From: a virus
Taxonomy: Duplodnaviria > Heunggongvirae > Uroviricota > Caudoviricetes
Strand: one strand, 5' to 3'
Length of the DNA: 64,000 nucleotides
IMG/VR virus record: IMGVR_UViG_3300004481_001615
Shown piece after piece: positions 1 to 8,095 of the stretch. Made by a program: the position numbers and the translations under genes. Every line of letters begins with the position of its first letter. Within the stretch, counting starts at the first letter, position 1. The notes beneath the pieces are model-generated. The model made no database searches. It was given only the letters and a program-made list of their open reading frames with translations, and was not told the DNA's origin.

Positions 1-147
1 CTTTTCATTGCGTCCTGTGCGTCTCCCATAGCTATTAAATCTGTGTTGATTAATAGTTGGAGTTCTTTGATTTGGGACCTCAATCTCCAGATTTTTAATC
101 GGTTCTTAGCGGCCCTGTTTTTATAGAACTTATAACCTCTTCGCGCA
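1..147 (-). CDS. hypothetical protein, C-terminal part cut off by the window edge
   Basis: ATG at 147 on the minus strand, preceded by a GAGGTGAT Shine-Dalgarno 4 nt upstream. The frame is open to position 1. Not in the ORF track because it is partial. Confidence 0.35.
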
Positions 148-162
148 TTGGTTGCCATTTTA

Positions 163-402
163 TCACCTCAGTGGTTTTATTGACCTAGGCATATTTTTTA
201 GATTTTGTACAAGACCACTAAAAAGGAGACGTTTTATCGGATGCCCTCTTATATCGGCGAATGTTGGACCGTGCCTGCTAAAGTAGTAACCATACGTATC
301 TGCCCAGAACTCTTCCCAACCACCCTTTTCTAACTGGTGACGGGCACTCTTTGCTCTCGCCTCTTGCTTGGCTATTATTTTATGACTCGGTGTACGATAC
401 AT
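163..402 (-). CDS. hypothetical small protein (79 aa)
   Basis: Track ORF, co-oriented and tightly packed with its neighbours. Confidence 0.4.
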   Translation of the reverse strand: MYRTPSHKIIAKQEARAKSARHQLEKGGWEEFWADTYGYYFSRHGPTFADIRGHPIKRLLFSGLVQNLKNMPRSIKPLR

Positions 403-404
403 TT

Positions 405-668
405 TTACTTCTTCGTCCTCCTAAGTGTCTTTAGGGTCTTTTTAAGGGACTCACGGTACGCTTCGAGATGTGAGAAGTAATCCCTACCAAACTCGTACTC
501 TAATATCTCAGAGATTAAATTGTCCTTTGGTTCGTTTCGGGCATGAGACATGTCAAGTCGTGAGGTCCTGCTAAAGATATCAAAAACTTTCTTTTTTGTG
601 CATTTTTTGAGGTCATCATAACGCCACTTTATATTCATTCCCTTAACTGCGTCGCCCAAAGATATCAA
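405..668 (-). CDS. hypothetical protein (87 aa)
   Basis: Track ORF with a TTG start. The conserved TATA motif ends about 23 nt upstream, so the transcript looks leaderless. Confidence 0.45.
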   Translation of the reverse strand: MISLGDAVKGMNIKWRYDDLKKCTKKKVFDIFSRTSRLDMSHARNEPKDNLISEILEYEFGRDYFSHLEAYRESLKKTLKTLRRTKK

Positions 669-690
669 ATAAAATAATGGTCAATAAGTA

Positions 691-707
691 TTTAAATGTT
701 ATGAGAA
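691..707 (-). promoter_or_regulatory. conserved BRE/TATA-type promoter motif copy (TTTAAATGTTATGAGAA)
   Basis: Member of the roughly 25-copy motif family. The TATA element is 23 nt from the start of ORF 405..668. Confidence 0.6.
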
Positions 708-712
708 AAATA

Positions 713-2176
713 TCATGGAACTACTTGTGCTACCTCTGTTACTGTATAGTTACCTACACGTAAGTAGTTTATCAGATTATCTAGTTCTGTTGCATTTTGT
801 AGTGATATGATGTATGTTTTAATACCATCTGTCACTGTTATATTGTAGGGTTGTGGTTTTGGGTCGTCTGGTTCATCGGGAATGTCTGGTTCATCGGGTT
901 GTAGGTATTGTGTGTACCTTTCTAGTAATTGAGAATAAGTAACCACTTCCATCCCGAGTTCGTGGATTTTATCAATGAAAGCATTAAACTGTGCTTGAGT
1001 GTATGCTGTTGGGTACGTTCCACCATCTAAGTGATTGAACCAAATAAACATGTCTTTATTTGTGTGGGCCCGCTCTAAAGTTGCCATATCTTGTTCGAAT
1101 GAATGTGATGCACCATAGAACGCCACAGAGGGGAACGCTATCCTATCACCCGCAAGCCATGATGAACCTTTTGTGAAATAGAAGTCATCATTTAGTAAGT
1201 CTTCAGTATAGACATCAAGAAGATGTCTGTTGCACTGTATGAAGTTTGTGCCTCGAGTGAACCCCTTTGAGTTTAACCATGATACCTCACCTGCTGTGTT
1301 TTCGATGATTGTTTCTAATGGTAGTGGTAGTGGTGGTGAGCTATAATCGTACATGCGAGCATAGACACAAAAATCCCAGCCATTATTGTATAAGACTTTC
1401 ATCCTCTCTATGTCGTAGAGACTGACACCATTCGTTCTTGCTGTAGCAACAACTCCACTATAGTTGTACTCTAGAAGTTTTGGACCGGCCCAGTAAAAGA
1501 CTCTATCATAAGGACCATCAAAAGTTATGACTACTGCCCCGTTCGGGAACAGTAATTGGTTAGGATAGGCTCTGAGGTCGTCGATAGAAAATGTCCAGTT
1601 ACCATTTGAAGCAACAAATCTAAAGACAATTCTTATTATGTTTGTCATGTCAATGGTTGTCCCTGAGATGTATGAAGTGCTCATTATGAAATGATGTGAC
1701 CAGACCTTATCAGAACCCTGTAATCTTGTGCCTGTCCTGTAACTCCTCCAAACCCTGACTCTGCCCATGTTATCGTATGTTTCGAGGTAAAATGTGAAGT
1801 CGCTGGGGATTTCCCCAGATGTCTTCACCCAGAATCCTAGGTTACAATTTGAGAGATTTAGTGATGGATTGAATGTCTTGTAGAACCTGAGTTTCTCTGT
1901 ACCAATTTGATTCGGGGTACCCTTTAGGGAGGAGTTCGAATTAACATAACTTGTATTGTCGTAGGATATATAGCCGTACGTGACCGACCATCCAGAGTCC
2001 ATGTCATCGATTGTCCTGTTCTCTGAGTGTTTTAATATGATGTCTATAAGCGGGAGTTCCTCACCCGCCAAGACATTGTTGTTGAAGTAACCATTAGCAA
2101 ATAGAGTGCTAATAACTATTGTCAAAACTAGCATGACTGCTCTTATTTGAACAAACATTTTCATCTTTCTTTCCAC
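713..2176 (-). CDS. secreted protein with a NodB-like (TFDGP) polysaccharide-deacetylase/hydrolase-like domain
   Basis: N-terminal signal peptide/TM (MKMFVQIRAVMLVLTIVISTLFA), an ITFDGPYD motif, and a Pro/Asp-rich linker near the C-terminus. The functional assignment is weak. Confidence 0.4.
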   Translation of the reverse strand: MERKMKMFVQIRAVMLVLTIVISTLFANGYFNNNVLAGEELPLIDIILKHSENRTIDDMDSGWSVTYGYISYDNTSYVNSNSSLKGTPNQIGTEKLRFYKTFNPSLNLSNCNLGFWVKTSGEIPSDFTFYLETYDNMGRVRVWRSYRTGTRLQGSDKVWSHHFIMSTSYISGTTIDMTNIIRIVFRFVASNGNWTFSIDDLRAYPNQLLFPNGAVVITFDGPYDRVFYWAGPKLLEYNYSGVVATARTNGVSLYDIERMKVLYNNGWDFCVYARMYDYSSPPLPLPLETIIENTAGEVSWLNSKGFTRGTNFIQCNRHLLDVYTEDLLNDDFYFTKGSSWLAGDRIAFPSVAFYGASHSFEQDMATLERAHTNKDMFIWFNHLDGGTYPTAYTQAQFNAFIDKIHELGMEVVTYSQLLERYTQYLQPDEPDIPDEPDDPKPQPYNITVTDGIKTYIISLQNATELDNLINYLRVGNYTVTEVAQVVP

Positions 2177-2215
2177 CTACTGCATACTAACCATAAATTA
2201 GTATTGGTTAGTTTA

Positions 2216-2230
2216 TTTATAAATGTTATT
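2216..2230 (-). promoter_or_regulatory. promoter motif variant (TTTATAAATGTTATT)
   Basis: Motif family member. 40 nt upstream of the start of ORF 713..2176. Confidence 0.5.
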
Positions 2231-2459
2231 GTTTGTTGCCCAGCCAACGGCGAGCGAATGCCTCGGTTGGCATGGAACCCGTTATCATTACCCACTTACC
2301 CTTAGAATTGAGAACTGCACCGTACCAGTAATACTTCGGACCTAATTTATCAGACTTTGAGAGGGCGAGTGTGTTTTTCTGCTTATAGATAAGCCTGTTA
2401 TCATGCTTTACCTCGGGTTTGATGTTTCTCCTACCCTTTCTAGTATCAATCCAGACCAT
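2226..2459 (-). CDS. hypothetical basic protein (77 aa)
   Basis: Track ORF; its stop codon abuts the promoter motif. Confidence 0.4.
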   Translation of the reverse strand: MVWIDTRKGRRNIKPEVKHDNRLIYKQKNTLALSKSDKLGPKYYWYGAVLNSKGKWVMITGSMPTEAFARRWLGNKQ

Positions 2460-2590
2460 CTACCTTACTCTCGCCTTTACCTTTGCTTTTGCTTGGCACT
2501 TCTCACAAGCCACTTTGGTTTTATATTGCCTATCCTTCCTACAATAGTAAGGATGTTCTCGAGTAAATGGTACACGAGAATTACAGGGAT

Positions 2591-2824
2591 TCACTTACGT
2601 TTCTTCCTTAGAGACTTCTTGTAATTCTCAGATTCTTCTATGGTCTTTTTGGTCATCCTTTTGACTCTGATAGACATCCGAAGTGGTGAATAACCCATAC
2701 CCTTCCTTACTATCCTCATCATTTTTGCGTATGCATCAGCGTCTTGTTTATTGTCAAAGTACTTCATACTTGTTATGAGTTTTGAGAGCGTATCGTACAT
2801 AGCAACAACGTATTTATAGGGCAT
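2591..2824 (-). CDS. hypothetical basic protein (77 aa)
   Basis: Track ORF. Confidence 0.4.
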   Translation of the reverse strand: MPYKYVVAMYDTLSKLITSMKYFDNKQDADAYAKMMRIVRKGMGYSPLRMSIRVKRMTKKTIEESENYKKSLRKKRK

Positions 2825-2829
2825 TCTCT

Positions 2830-3006
2830 CTACAGCCTCCTCCTTGTTTTCTTGAGTACCTGAGATGCTACTTTTATAAACTTCTCATTCGAATGTATTT
2901 GTTCACGGATTTCTTTGATTTCAGCTTTTAGTGCTTTGTTCTTACCACGTGCATTTCCAATTACTATCCTTATTGTTTTTGGGTCATATACCCTTTCGAG
3001 AGACAT
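2830..3006 (-). CDS. small ORF (58 aa) below the track cutoff
   Basis: Hand translation: ATG at 3006, immediately after the stop of 3007..3231, and stop at 2830. Lys-rich, like its neighbours. Confidence 0.25.
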   Translation of the reverse strand: MSLERVYDPKTIRIVIGNARGKNKALKAEIKEIREQIHSNEKFIKVASQVLKKTRRRL

Positions 3007-3231
3007 CTACTTACTCCTCAGTCCTTCATTGACACGTCTGAGAATCTCTTTTGTCTTCTGTATTTCATCTCTGATTTTTCTCATCCTCTCGTTTGCGTAC
3101 CCGATAGGAACACGTGTCTTGTTTCTTCTATATACAATTCTACCTATCTCACCCTGTAGCATATCGAGACGGTGTTCTAGTCTTTCTGGGCTCATTCTAA
3201 GTAATGTTCCACGTTCTGCTTTACGTACCAT
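3007..3231 (-). CDS. hypothetical coiled-coil protein (74 aa)
   Basis: Track ORF. Promoter motif 27 nt upstream. Confidence 0.4.
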   Translation of the reverse strand: MVRKAERGTLLRMSPERLEHRLDMLQGEIGRIVYRRNKTRVPIGYANERMRKIRDEIQKTKEILRRVNEGLRSK

Positions 3232-3257
3232 GATAAAAATTATATCATCAATATATA

Positions 3258-3274
3258 TTTAAATGTTATGAGAA
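3258..3274 (-). promoter_or_regulatory. promoter motif copy (TTTAAATGTTATGAGAA)
   Basis: Motif family member. 27 nt upstream of the ATG at 3231. Confidence 0.6.
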
Positions 3275-3658
3275 AATCTTCTTCTTATCGATTAACATCC
3301 AAGCAAGAACGTTGGTCACACACACCTCTTGGATTCTGATAATAGCCCACCCAGCAAGTCTAAGACGGTTATCTTTTTGCTCGTCCCTACTTTGCTGTTC
3401 AGGTGAGTCATGGTATCCTCCATCAATCTCAACTGCTATCCTGTCGTTGGGAAAGCAAAAGTCTAACTCAAATGCTTTACTACCACCAACATTCCAGAGA
3501 CAGTTCGAATAGAAGTCACCGGAACCGAGAACAGGGCGAGAAAGGATTTGATTGTACTGCTTAGCGACCCGATAAGACTTACCTTTTTTCAGTTTCAGGA
3601 CTTTGGTAAGGATTTGAGAAAAAATACGTTCTCCCTGAGATTGACGACGACCAACCAT
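3266..3658 (-). CDS. DUF559/Vsr-like (PD-(D/E)xK) endonuclease domain protein
   Basis: AVEIDGGYHDS...RDEQKDNRLRLAGWAIIRI matches the DUF559 endonuclease signature. Confidence 0.5.
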   Translation of the reverse strand: MVGRRQSQGERIFSQILTKVLKLKKGKSYRVAKQYNQILSRPVLGSGDFYSNCLWNVGGSKAFELDFCFPNDRIAVEIDGGYHDSPEQQSRDEQKDNRLRLAGWAIIRIQEVCVTNVLAWMLIDKKKIFS

Positions 3659-3682
3659 TTATGATAAAAAGAGAAGTAGTAT

Positions 3683-3697
3683 TTATAAATGTTATTT
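3683..3697 (-). promoter_or_regulatory. promoter motif variant (TTTATAAATGTTATT)
   Basis: 25 nt upstream of the ATG at 3658. Confidence 0.5.
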
Positions 3698-3707
3698 CTT
3701 TCGGTTT

Positions 3708-3926
3708 TTATCTTACCACATACCCGCCCTTTTTGTTGACATAAACATCAACCTTACCACGCTTAAGAACACCAGAATAAAGCCCCATATAGCCCTTACT
3801 TCCGGGTATTCTTCCTTTATTATCTTTTTGGAGTTTTTTAGCGTCTTCATATATTTGATTATGAATTCTGGCACGTTCTTCGCACCACTTTTTATCTTTT
3901 GATACACATAGTGCTTTTTTGGGCAT
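3708..3926 (-). CDS. hypothetical Lys-rich protein; possible fragment of a disrupted endonuclease-like gene
   Basis: Track ORF. One of three contiguous ORFs in different frames between 3708 and 4299. Confidence 0.3.
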   Translation of the reverse strand: MPKKALCVSKDKKWCEERARIHNQIYEDAKKLQKDNKGRIPGSKGYMGLYSGVLKRGKVDVYVNKKGGYVVR

Positions 3927-3931
3927 TATTT

Positions 3932-4165
3932 TTACTCCTTCAACACCTTCTTTGCCCGTTTTTCTGCTTTATCTAGTTCAGCTTGAGTAAAAAGATATTT
4001 ATCTCCCAGTCCGTCTTTGATTCCATAATACCTTCTTTTACCTTTCCATGCATAAATTCCATGACCTGCACCATCAAATGTTGTGAGTTTTTTCTTTTTT
4101 GTCACTTCTATCACCGGTTCCATCCTGACATATCTAACTCCCAACGGAATGAATGAGAGCCACAT
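3932..4165 (-). CDS. hypothetical protein with a GIY...YYG (GIY-YIG-like) motif
   Basis: HGIYAWKGKRRYYGIKDG. Overlaps 4111..4299 by 55 nt in another frame. Confidence 0.3.
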   Translation of the reverse strand: MWLSFIPLGVRYVRMEPVIEVTKKKKLTTFDGAGHGIYAWKGKRRYYGIKDGLGDKYLFTQAELDKAEKRAKKVLKE

Positions 4166-4299
4166 TTACTGCACTTATATTTGTCTTTAAATTTTTCAAA
4201 TTTTTTAGCAATATCGTGGCTATCTTTTCCTTTTATCGTTTTCTTGCTTTTTTTACCACATATGTAGCATGTAAGTTTTAGCTTCGAAGTATCTGTCAT
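4111..4299 (-). CDS. zinc-ribbon protein (CxxC...CxxC)
   Basis: CYICGKK...CSKCGSH. Confidence 0.35.
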   Translation of the reverse strand: MTDTSKLKLTCYICGKKSKKTIKGKDSHDIAKKFEKFKDKYKCSKCGSHSFRWELDMSGWNR

Positions 4300-4460
4300 T
4301 TCTTATTCCTTCTCCTTGGTCTATCTGGGACTACTTGAGTATGAAGAGCAAAAATTGTTTGAAGTTTCTCCTCTTCGCGTTTTAATTGCGCTCTTGCTTT
4401 TATTACATGGTTATTTTGTTTTTCCCTACGTTTTTCCCAAATGCTATATGAGATTTTCAT
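4296..4460 (-). CDS. small ORF (54 aa) below the track cutoff
   Basis: Hand translation MKISYSIWEKRREKQ.... ATG lies about 33 nt downstream of the TATA motif. Its stop overlaps the ATG of 4111..4299 as ATGA. Confidence 0.25.
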   Translation of the reverse strand: MKISYSIWEKRREKQNNHVIKARAQLKREEEKLQTIFALHTQVVPDRPRRRNKK

Positions 4461-4492
4461 ACTTATCTAAAAATAATATATGCTGATAAGTA

Positions 4493-4509
4493 TTTAAATG
4501 TTATGAGAA
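4493..4509 (-). promoter_or_regulatory. promoter motif copy (TTTAAATGTTATGAGAA)
   Basis: Motif family member that drives the 4460 ORF. Confidence 0.55.
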
Positions 4510-5169
4510 TAGCCTGTGGTACCGGTCATACAAACCAACATACTTAAAGAAGTAGTAGGCACAGGGTGCTCCCAGTACACATGCTCCAACCTCTGAGACA
4601 ACGGCCATCCAGTAAATAGATAACTCTAACATTCCTGCACTATCTGAGATAAACACATGGTTTGGGAGCACAAAAAAGAAGATTATAATGAACATAGGAG
4701 TAACCATTATTAGTAGAGGATAGCCAAGAACGATTAGTAGAGCTTTTTTGTATTTCAGTATTATCTTCCTATGCTTGTAGATGTAAATAAAGGGGAGAGA
4801 CAGTATCAAATACCCACCAATTGTCTGTATAAGACCAATAATGGGATTACCACCCGATACTGCTCCGTCTCCACCAACAACAACAGGAGGAGGAATGAGT
4901 TGGGGAACATTTAATAATGCTGGAACAACTGCCCTAAAGAAAGTCATCATAACCTCGATATTGATAAAAGCCTCAAAGAGAGAAAATATTAATGTCACGA
5001 TGTAGAGATAAATATTGTAAGGTCGAGGCAGGAGACCCATAAACAGACCGGCAACCATCAGTGTTCCGGGGACACCAAAAAAATTAGTACCACTGACCAT
5101 CCATGATACAACGAAATAGAAACCCAGACCCATACCAATTAATGTCCATGCACGGGTTGATATTGTCAC
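4501..5169 (-). CDS. multi-pass integral membrane protein
   Basis: Several hydrophobic helices, e.g. AWTLIGMGLGFYFVVSWMV and FMGLLPRPYNIYLYIVTLIFSLF. Confidence 0.45.
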   Translation of the reverse strand: MTISTRAWTLIGMGLGFYFVVSWMVSGTNFFGVPGTLMVAGLFMGLLPRPYNIYLYIVTLIFSLFEAFINIEVMMTFFRAVVPALLNVPQLIPPPVVVGGDGAVSGGNPIIGLIQTIGGYLILSLPFIYIYKHRKIILKYKKALLIVLGYPLLIMVTPMFIIIFFFVLPNHVFISDSAGMLELSIYWMAVVSEVGACVLGAPCAYYFFKYVGLYDRYHRLFS

Positions 5170-6875
5170 CTTCGTATTGCCTCTTTAAACCACTTTGGGA
5201 TTATCTGCCAATTCTTATATATGATATCATTAAATTTGCCGTCAAGTATAAAGGTATTGCCCCAGTCCGAGTCAGAACGACAGACTCTGCCGTATGTTTG
5301 GATGAGACTCATAAGAGTCTGCCATTCGTACCACCCACCATCAATCTCAGACCGCTTTTTTATCTGTGGGTCGCCCAAATAAGGATAGGGGACTTTGCAT
5401 AGAACCTGCCACCGTGCGAGGTCGTCGTGGAGGTCCACACCCAACCTCATAGAGGGAGTCACCATAATCATCGGTGGTGATGATTCAAAGAACGATTGGA
5501 AAACATCTTCACGGTTCTGGTCGAGGTTAGACATCATGACTCGTCTGTGGATAGAGTTAGTTAAAATGAACTGGGCGATAGCATTTGTGTGTGTGTGTAT
5601 TACCCCTTTATGAGAGATATTTTGTGGGATGATTGTGTGGTCTAGGTACTGTAACATATCTGAGAGATACTTGTTTAGTGTCGCCTGTGTCGCCTTCCCT
5701 ACAGGTCGAACGAAGAGTGGACGATTAGCTGGTGGAAAATTTGATGAACCCACCCGAAGGAACTTGACATCCTCTTTTATTCCCAGATATGATTTTAATC
5801 TCTCTGAGTCCAGTATTGTAGCTGAGACGAGGAGGTGCTTGTTTGTGTGCTCAAAGAGAGCAGAGTGAGCGAACGGTGCAACCGTTACTGGTCTAAAAAC
5901 TACTCCCTCATCAGTGTTGTTCCAAACCCAGTTATCGGGATTTGTGGAAATATTTGAGATTAGGAGACTTACTTTTTCAATGAGACCCATAACAAGTAAG
6001 CGGTTCCGTATCTCCGCTGGGCTCACCCCTTGTGATGAGACCTGTCGAGCTGTTCCAAACTTATTGAGGATTGCCTGCATTGTCTGTCTCAGTTCGCCCA
6101 GCCAGAGTCTCCACGACATTATATCGTTGTGGTAGGGAATGTTTATCGGTGTATGCTCAAACGTGTCCGTTATCCTTTTGAGTGTGCGTCGGGTTACTGC
6201 CATTTCAATAAAAGACATTAACATTGACTCGATTGTATGTGCCTCATCTAGTATAGAAAGTTCTCTATGAGCAAAGGAGTGAGAGAACATCATTTCATTT
6301 AGGAAGTAGTGGTAGTTGTGGATTGTCAAAGGAGAATGAATTGCAATATCTTTTTGTTTCCAGTATGAACAGTGAGGGTCTTCTATATCTGCCCAGTTGA
6401 ACTTTACGCCAAACTCATCAAATGGAGATTCGGCCTCATCTTCATCAACATCCTCGAGTGGCGAGTTCTTACCCACTCTTTTGGGCTTGTAAGCACATGG
6501 GTACTCTGTATCTAGTATGCAGGGAGCATCGGCACAGTCCGGGTACTCCGGGTACTCTGAGTCATAGAGATGCGTAACGTTCCTTTTGGCAACTGAACAT
6601 ATGAAGTTACTCCTACCTTTGATTAGGGCGATGTCATTAAAGTCTCTGAGATACTGGTTTTGTAAGTAGATATCAGATACAAGGAAGTGTGTGTAAGAGT
6701 TATTTTCTTTAAATAACCACTTTGCTATAGCGTATGCAACTGGTGATTTCCCAAATCCCGTGGGAGCCTCTAAGAAGATGTAGTTGTAGGAGTCCCACCA
6801 ACTTTCAATTGAGTCCATTACATCTTTTTGATATGGTCTCATTGACTGGAAGGGGAAATGGGAAATTATCGTCAT
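5166..6875 (-). CDS. XPD/Rad3-like superfamily-2 helicase with a putative Fe-S cluster
   Basis: Walker A EAPTGFGKSP and a DEAH box (SILDEAH). A cluster of four Cys (FICS, CADAPC, PCAYK, HCSYW) lies between them, as in XPD. Confidence 0.6.
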   Translation of the reverse strand: MTIISHFPFQSMRPYQKDVMDSIESWWDSYNYIFLEAPTGFGKSPVAYAIAKWLFKENNSYTHFLVSDIYLQNQYLRDFNDIALIKGRSNFICSVAKRNVTHLYDSEYPEYPDCADAPCILDTEYPCAYKPKRVGKNSPLEDVDEDEAESPFDEFGVKFNWADIEDPHCSYWKQKDIAIHSPLTIHNYHYFLNEMMFSHSFAHRELSILDEAHTIESMLMSFIEMAVTRRTLKRITDTFEHTPINIPYHNDIMSWRLWLGELRQTMQAILNKFGTARQVSSQGVSPAEIRNRLLVMGLIEKVSLLISNISTNPDNWVWNNTDEGVVFRPVTVAPFAHSALFEHTNKHLLVSATILDSERLKSYLGIKEDVKFLRVGSSNFPPANRPLFVRPVGKATQATLNKYLSDMLQYLDHTIIPQNISHKGVIHTHTNAIAQFILTNSIHRRVMMSNLDQNREDVFQSFFESSPPMIMVTPSMRLGVDLHDDLARWQVLCKVPYPYLGDPQIKKRSEIDGGWYEWQTLMSLIQTYGRVCRSDSDWGNTFILDGKFNDIIYKNWQIIPKWFKEAIRR

Positions 6876-6898
6876 TTAATTATAGGATAGTAGTATCA

Positions 6899-6914
6899 TT
6901 TATAAATGTTATGA
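6899..6914 (-). promoter_or_regulatory. promoter motif copy (TTTATAAATGTTATGA)
   Basis: 24 nt upstream of the helicase ATG at 6875. Confidence 0.6.
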
Positions 6915-7169
6915 TTAAATAACTTTCTTGAGCTTTTTTATTTTTTCTCTCTCGTAATCGCCAATATAAACCTCTCTACCATTATCAAGTGTTATACAAA
7001 TTTCCTTCCCGACACCAACTGGTCCACCCCGAGAAGTATTCACATAATCAACCTTACCTAACTCTCCACCATATAAAACACGACTTCCCTTTCTTACATT
7101 TGACCTTTTATCGAGGTCAAGAACTACTTGCACTGTTTTTGTCTGGGTTCTGTTTTCCTTTCTTACCAT
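6915..7169 (-). CDS. hypothetical protein (84 aa)
   Basis: Track ORF with its own promoter motif 25 nt upstream. Confidence 0.4.
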   Translation of the reverse strand: MVRKENRTQTKTVQVVLDLDKRSNVRKGSRVLYGGELGKVDYVNTSRGGPVGVGKEICITLDNGREVYIGDYEREKIKKLKKVI

Positions 7170-7193
7170 AATAAATAATTATTGATATAAGTA

Positions 7194-7210
7194 TTTAAAT
7201 GTTATGAGAA
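7194..7210 (-). promoter_or_regulatory. promoter motif copy (TTTAAATGTTATGAGAA)
   Basis: 25 nt upstream of the ATG at 7169. Confidence 0.6.
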
Positions 7211-7219
7211 GGATTTTAC

Positions 7220-8095
7220 CTATATCTCAACGATAATATCTACTCTTTTCATGATTTCTCTTGTGTTATTACGTAGAGAGACTTCTGTCACATCACAACA
7301 TACCGCGAGGTCTTTTTGTGTAAGTTCTGTACCTAAGAGTTTACATGATATATATAGGATAGCTCCCGCAAGTGTCAATGGAGACCTACCTGAACTAGTA
7401 TGATTACTACAAAGTGCTGTATATATCTGTCTGCTGATTAATTCTATATCACCAGACATATTAAACTTCATTACTGCCTTTGATATGAGTAATAAAACAC
7501 GGTTATCTTCTGTTTTAGGTATGATACCAGCATTTCTAAGAGCAAAGTAACAGCTACCGATAATTGTGTGTTGTATCCTCACTTTTTCACAAAAGCCTTT
7601 TAGACTGATGGGTTGGTCATGTATCCTATATGAAGCATAGATTGTTGTGCACAGTGTCGTATAGATTGACCTTCCCCTGACATACCCAGATGAAACAACT
7701 TTACGGTATAGAGAGATTGCCGTCTGACATACAACAGTCGGAATGTTTAAAGAGTCTTTGAGGACGGCAAGAGAACTCAATGCAACACTCATATTGTGAT
7801 TAAGGGAGTTTTGCGCCACTGCCCTATCATTGACCTTCCTCAATCTACCCCACATTATTGCTGTTTCACCCACATCCTTCTTATTGTAACCAATTAGAAC
7901 TTGTGGACGGGGAATTTTTGAGATTGGAGCACCACGATTTTTTGTGTCGTCAGTAACATCCCAGCGTTCAGTTAATGTTGGGAATCTACAAAGAACAAAC
8001 CCACATTTAGTGCACACACACTCTCCTGAACTATCAACCGTAAGCTCTGCCCCGCAGAGTTCACATATGAGATTATCTAAAGAGGTCGTCGACAT
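7220..8095 (-). CDS. tfb: transcription factor B (TFIIB-like)
   Basis: N-terminal Zn ribbon CELCGAELTVDSSGECVCTKCGF followed by a roughly 250-aa helical core. Size is typical of archaeal TFB. The likely true start is the internal M (MSTTSLD) at 8095; the track ORF extends into polB. Confidence 0.65.
   Translation of the reverse strand: MSTTSLDNLICELCGAELTVDSSGECVCTKCGFVLCRFPTLTERWDVTDDTKNRGAPISKIPRPQVLIGYNKKDVGETAIMWGRLRKVNDRAVAQNSLNHNMSVALSSLAVLKDSLNIPTVVCQTAISLYRKVVSSGYVRGRSIYTTLCTTIYASYRIHDQPISLKGFCEKVRIQHTIIGSCYFALRNAGIIPKTEDNRVLLLISKAVMKFNMSGDIELISRQIYTALCSNHTSSGRSPLTLAGAILYISCKLLGTELTQKDLAVCCDVTEVSLRNNTREIMKRVDIIVEI

Noticed and set aside
2403-3262. Plus-strand ORFs scattered through the minus-strand blocks
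   Set aside because: These are antisense to densely packed, motif-supported minus-strand genes. There are no promoter-motif copies in the plus orientation and no Shine-Dalgarno sites. They are typical shadow ORFs. Examples are 2403..2624, 2915..3262, 5103..5402, 9754..9981, 26213..26656, 37937..38485, 45755..46036, 53400..53762 and 58551..58799.
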